A DNA stretch of 53,270 nucleotides, filler included, from Jimgerdemannia flammicorona (taxonomy: Eukaryota): assembly GCA_003990765.1 (NCBI GenBank). It is 3 parts of 3 records of this genome, joined end to end, with 100 filler letters (N's around TTAATTAATTAA, not from the genome) between each part and the next. Parts side by side here need not be neighbours in the genome. Positions count along the whole stretch, not along the records: positions 35,584 to 53,270 come from RBNJ01002451.1; 2 more parts are not named here. The stretch is one strand, 5' to 3'. Made by a program: the position numbers and the translations under genes. Below are positions 49,562-53,270 of this stretch, one piece after another. The notes beneath the pieces were generated by a model. The model did not search any database. It was not told the origin of the DNA and saw only the letters and a list, made by a program, of their open reading frames with translations. The stretch's first letter is position 1; the number at the start of each line of letters is the position of its first letter.

Positions 49562-51194
49562 TATAATGGTGACCCCAGAATGATGACATCAGTATAGAAG
49601 ACAGTCTTTCTTTACAAGCCACCAGATCGGAGCACAAGAAGATCATATGGCATATGAGATGAGCAATGATGACCAACTATGAGTCATTGTGACCATAGTA
49701 AAAGCATCTTGAGGAATATAAAAGAAGGATCAAGGAACTACAGTAACAGCAATCAACAAGACCCACTAATCCCAAAATATATAGCTCAAAGACTTACTAC
49801 AAATGAAATGCCTGCTGCCTGCCAAACCTCAAGGTCAAGGAACTACCAAGGCACCTCAGTTGAAGAAAGGATGTTCCAAGACATCAGAAGAGCTATAAGG
49901 ACCTGCTCAAGAAGGACTCCTAGTGTCAACCTGGGTATTGGTGACCCTTATCACTATATCCTCTACTGCCGTAAAATGGGAATCAGGATCACCATTGCTA
50001 TCAAATGCCTCCAAATGTGACAAGAATACGAAATAGAAAACCTCCTCTGCCAAGAGTTCCCACAGGCCAGCACTCAAGAGCTACAAGATGCCACTCTCAT
50101 GAATATTTGCAAAACAAGGATAGCTAAGAAGATCCATCAGATCTTCAGGCATGCACCATAGTCAATTCCCAACTTAGAGTATGTTAGAGTCTCAGATTTC
50201 AGAGACCTGTCATCCTGCTGTATCAATGTACTAGAAGCCAGGGTGGCTACAGAAGTCCAGTCCACTATCACCCTCAATAGTGATGAAGTAGAAGACTTCT
50301 GGCATCCTATTCACCAGGACAACTCAGACCAATTTCTGTAAGAGTTGATCTCAGTATTCTAAGGCCCAAGCATCCAGGTTAGACCTCCCCAAGACTCTAC
50401 ATTTGTTCCCTATTTTGTGGAAGAGATCCTCATAGACTGGAGAGCTCCAGACCTCCTTTCCGCCATCGAACATGATGATGTCATCAGCAATGATATCATT
50501 CTACATGACATTGAAGCATATAAAATACATGACATATGCGAGATACATGACCTACACAATGACAATGAAAATGATGAATTCATGGACCTCAACTTCTTTG
50601 AAGATATCCTGACTGCTAATGATGAAGCCTCCATGGTCCTGAACATTCTGCTCTAAGTCTCTTGGTTATATTGAATAATGCCAGCACTGGCATTTGATAT
50701 AATACTGAATAATACCAGCACCAGTATTTGATATACATAACACTGAATAATACCAGCACCAGCATTTGATATAACACTGAATAATGCCAGCACTGACATT
50801 CTGATGTAACATTGAATTATACCAGCATCCTGAACCTGTACAACCATCAGTACCGACCCTGGAACTTAGCAGTTTTTTCTGACCTGGCATTTTATTTTAG
50901 TTATTGGAATTTATATTTAGCTTTATATCTTAGCAACTATTGAATTACATTTTGTATAAATACCCCTCTTATTTCCTCTGGAATAAAGTTAGTTCCTCTC
51001 AGTGCAATATACACATTTTCTGGCAAGTAATCTAAGAGATAATAAGATAGTTAAAGATAAGAAGTTTGAGGACTATAAGACCTTGGGAAGGTACTCAAAT
51101 AAGAACTTGCTTATAACAAACTTGAGTTAGTCTAAGAGATATACTTTGAAGAGAATCTGACATATTTGAAGGACTCAGCAACTACTATATGACA
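49562..51194 (+). repeat. 3' LTR of copy 2 (1633 bp), decayed LTR-ORF 49808-50656
   Basis: Directly after PPT AGGAGGAAGA; ends ATGACA; colinear with the 5' LTR. Confidence 0.93.
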
Positions 51195-51894
51195 ATATAT
51201 AATAATTGACTTAAAGTTATATCCATTTTCCAATTATTATATATAACTATTAGCTTCTAATTTCTTTATTTACTATAGTATATATATTTGTAATAATTTT
51301 TTATTTTATTTTTTACAGTATTATTAAGAACTAATTAATTAAATATTTGTATATTTCTGTCAGCTTCATTATCTGGTTATAAAATATAGCAAATACTGAA
51401 AATGGATAAAATATATATAAGAGACCCATTATGATAAAAAAATCAACTAATCTTGCCTTCTCAATAATTCTTTAAATATAGTTCCAAATGAAGCTCTAGA
51501 CCAAGATAAAGATTCCAATGAAACCTTAGATAATATTAAAGATTTGTCTAATAAGATTAACTTTGTAATAATAAATAAGTAATATTTGCTATCTCTTTCA
51601 GAATTATATAGTTTTTCATAGAGATCTTAAATATTATAAGGAATTTGATATATATATAAATAGAGTCATTTTCTTAATAACTTCATATACAAATTGTACT
51701 GTAATCACTTTGTGAACTTAATGAATTTAGTATGGATTATAAACTTAATAATTAGATTTCAGTACTATTATTACTTTATATATATAATAAATTGTGAACT
51801 TGATAATTTTGCTATTATTCTCTTCTTTTATTTTTTACTATATAATTATTTATCTATACAAAAACCTACTAAGATTATTACTTCTCACTAATAT

Positions 51895-52028
51895 ATATGA
51901 AATCTCTCTACAAATATATAAAACCTCTCTACTGATATATATAAAATCTCCCTATTGATATATATGTATAAAATCTCTCTACTGATATACATAAACCTCT
52001 CCACTAATATATATATATATAACCTTCT
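51895..52028. repeat. Degenerate AT-rich tandem repeat (~23-28 bp unit, ~5 copies)
   Basis: Recurring ATAAAATCTCTCTACTGATATAT-like units. Confidence 0.7.
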
Positions 52029-52031
52029 TAT

Positions 52032-53270
52032 TGTAACGGTGACCCCAGAATGATGACATCAGCACAGGAGATAGCCTTTCTTTACAAGCCACCAGATCAG
52101 AGTACAAGAAGATCATACGGCATGCGAGATGAGCAACGATGACCAACTGTGAGTCATTGTGACCACAGCACAAGCATCCTGAAGAATATAAAAGAAGGAT
52201 CAAGGAACCGCAGTAGCAGCAGCCAACAAGAACCCCAATCCCAAAATAGCTCAAAGACTTATCACAAATAAAATGCCTGCTGCCTGCCAAACCTCAAGGT
52301 CAAGGAATCATCAAGGTATCTCAGTTGAGGAAAGGATGTTTCAAGACATCAGAAGAGCCATGAGGACCCACTCAAGAAGGACTCCTAGTATCCATCTGGG
52401 TACTGCAGACCCCTATCACTTCATCCTCTACCGCCGTGAAATGGAAACAAGGATCACCATCGCCACCGAATGCCTCCAAATGTGGCAGGAATGCGAAATA
52501 GGAAATCTCCTCTGCCGGGAGTTCCCACAGGCCAGCCCTCAAGAGCTACAAGATGCCACCCCCATAGACCTACATGAGGCAAGGACAGCAAAGAAGATCC
52601 ATCAGATCTTCAGACATGCACCATGGTCGATCCCCAACTTGGAGTATGTTAGAGTCTCAGACTTCAGAGACCTGTCATCCCACCGCATCAATGCACTAGA
52701 AGCCAGGGTAGCTACAGAAGCCCAGTCCACTATCACCCTCAACAGCAAAGAAGTAGAAGACTTCTGGCACCCTATCCTTCAGGACAACCCAGACCAGTTC
52801 CTGCAAGGGTTGATCTCAGTATTCCAAGGCCCAAGCATCCAGGTCAGACCTCCCCAGGACCCCACATTTGTCCCTTACTTTGTGGAAGAGAACCTCATAG
52901 ACTGGAGAGCTCCAGATCTTGTTCCCGATTTCCCCGCCGAACGTGATGACGTCATCGGCGATGACGTCATCCCGCACGACATACCCTAAGCACACGAACC
53001 GCGTGACGAAGTACGCGAAACGCGCGACCTGCATGAAGAGTTCGCGGATCTCATCTCCTTCAGTGATGATGATGATGAAGCTCCCATGATCCTGAACTTT
53101 CTGCTCTAAAAGTTCTTTGTTACACTGGATAATGCTAGCACCAGTATTCTCATGTAACACTGGATAATGCCAGCACCGGTATTCTGAGGTGACGCGAAAT
53201 TGTTCCAGCACTGGTATTTTGATGTGGTACTAAATAATGCCAGCCCTGGAACTCAGTAGTTTTAGTTATT
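52032..53270 (+). repeat. LTR of a third, less decayed copy (5' or solo LTR; runs off the window end)
   Basis: Starts TGTAACGGTGACCCCAG with no PPT upstream. Retains CpGs lost in the other LTRs. Confidence 0.92.
52273..53109 (+). CDS. LTR-encoded protein of unknown function (~278 aa; one in-frame TAA at 52987-52989 in this copy)
   Basis: 238-aa open frame; after one TAA the same frame continues 'AHEPRDEVRETRDLHEEFADLISFSDDDDEAPMILNFLL*', the same C-terminus as in the other three LTRs. TATAAAAG at 52187-52194 and TGAGTCA at 52150-52156 upstream. Confidence 0.8.

Larger units (their letters stand above)
42260..51194 (+). mobile_element. Full-length (8935 bp) decayed Ty3/Gypsy LTR retrotransposon with dUTPase and LTR-encoded ORF, copy 2
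   Basis: 5' LTR 42260-43884; PBS-like TGGTACCCATTGG at 43888; PPT 49552-49561; 3' LTR 49562-51194; flanking direct repeat ATAT(AT) on both sides. Domain order gag-PR-dUTPase-RT-RH-IN. Confidence 0.95.

Noticed and set aside
52273..53109. LTR-ORF as a retroviral env-like gene
   Set aside because: No signal peptide, transmembrane segment or furin-type site visible, and it lies inside the LTR rather than between pol and the PPT.

Overview
Eukaryotic, intron-containing DNA, most likely from an early-diverging fungus (Mucoromycota-like; inferred from FIBP, a SANT-less zuotin, cytochrome c peroxidase and short introns). The window is three contigs (1-17693, 17794-35483, 35584-53270; 17693/17690/17687 bp) joined by artificial N44-TTAATTAATTAA-N44 linkers, so order across the gaps is probably not genomic. 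Contig 1 has heavily C->T-eroded L1-like LINE remnants with a palindromic hAT-type MITE, a frameshifted F-box/LRR pseudogene and one Ser-rich gene. Contig 2 is a compact gene island: CCP1, a 2OG-Fe(II) oxygenase, FIBP, YTM1, eIF3g and ZUO1, plus RPL9-like and Kre9/Knh1-like remnants, a minisatellite and a LINE 5' end. Contig 3 is a nest of LTR retrotransposons. The most striking item is a Ty3/Gypsy family with a dUTPase between protease and RT and unusually long LTRs (about 1.5-1.6 kb). Each LTR contains what looks like a complete gene cassette: AP-1/GCN4-like site, TATA, an ORF of about 270-283 codons with an acidic tail, a 34-bp tandem array, a second TATA and AATAAA. Four LTR copies are present. 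The function of this LTR-encoded protein is unknown; a transactivator or anti-silencing role is a hypothesis only.
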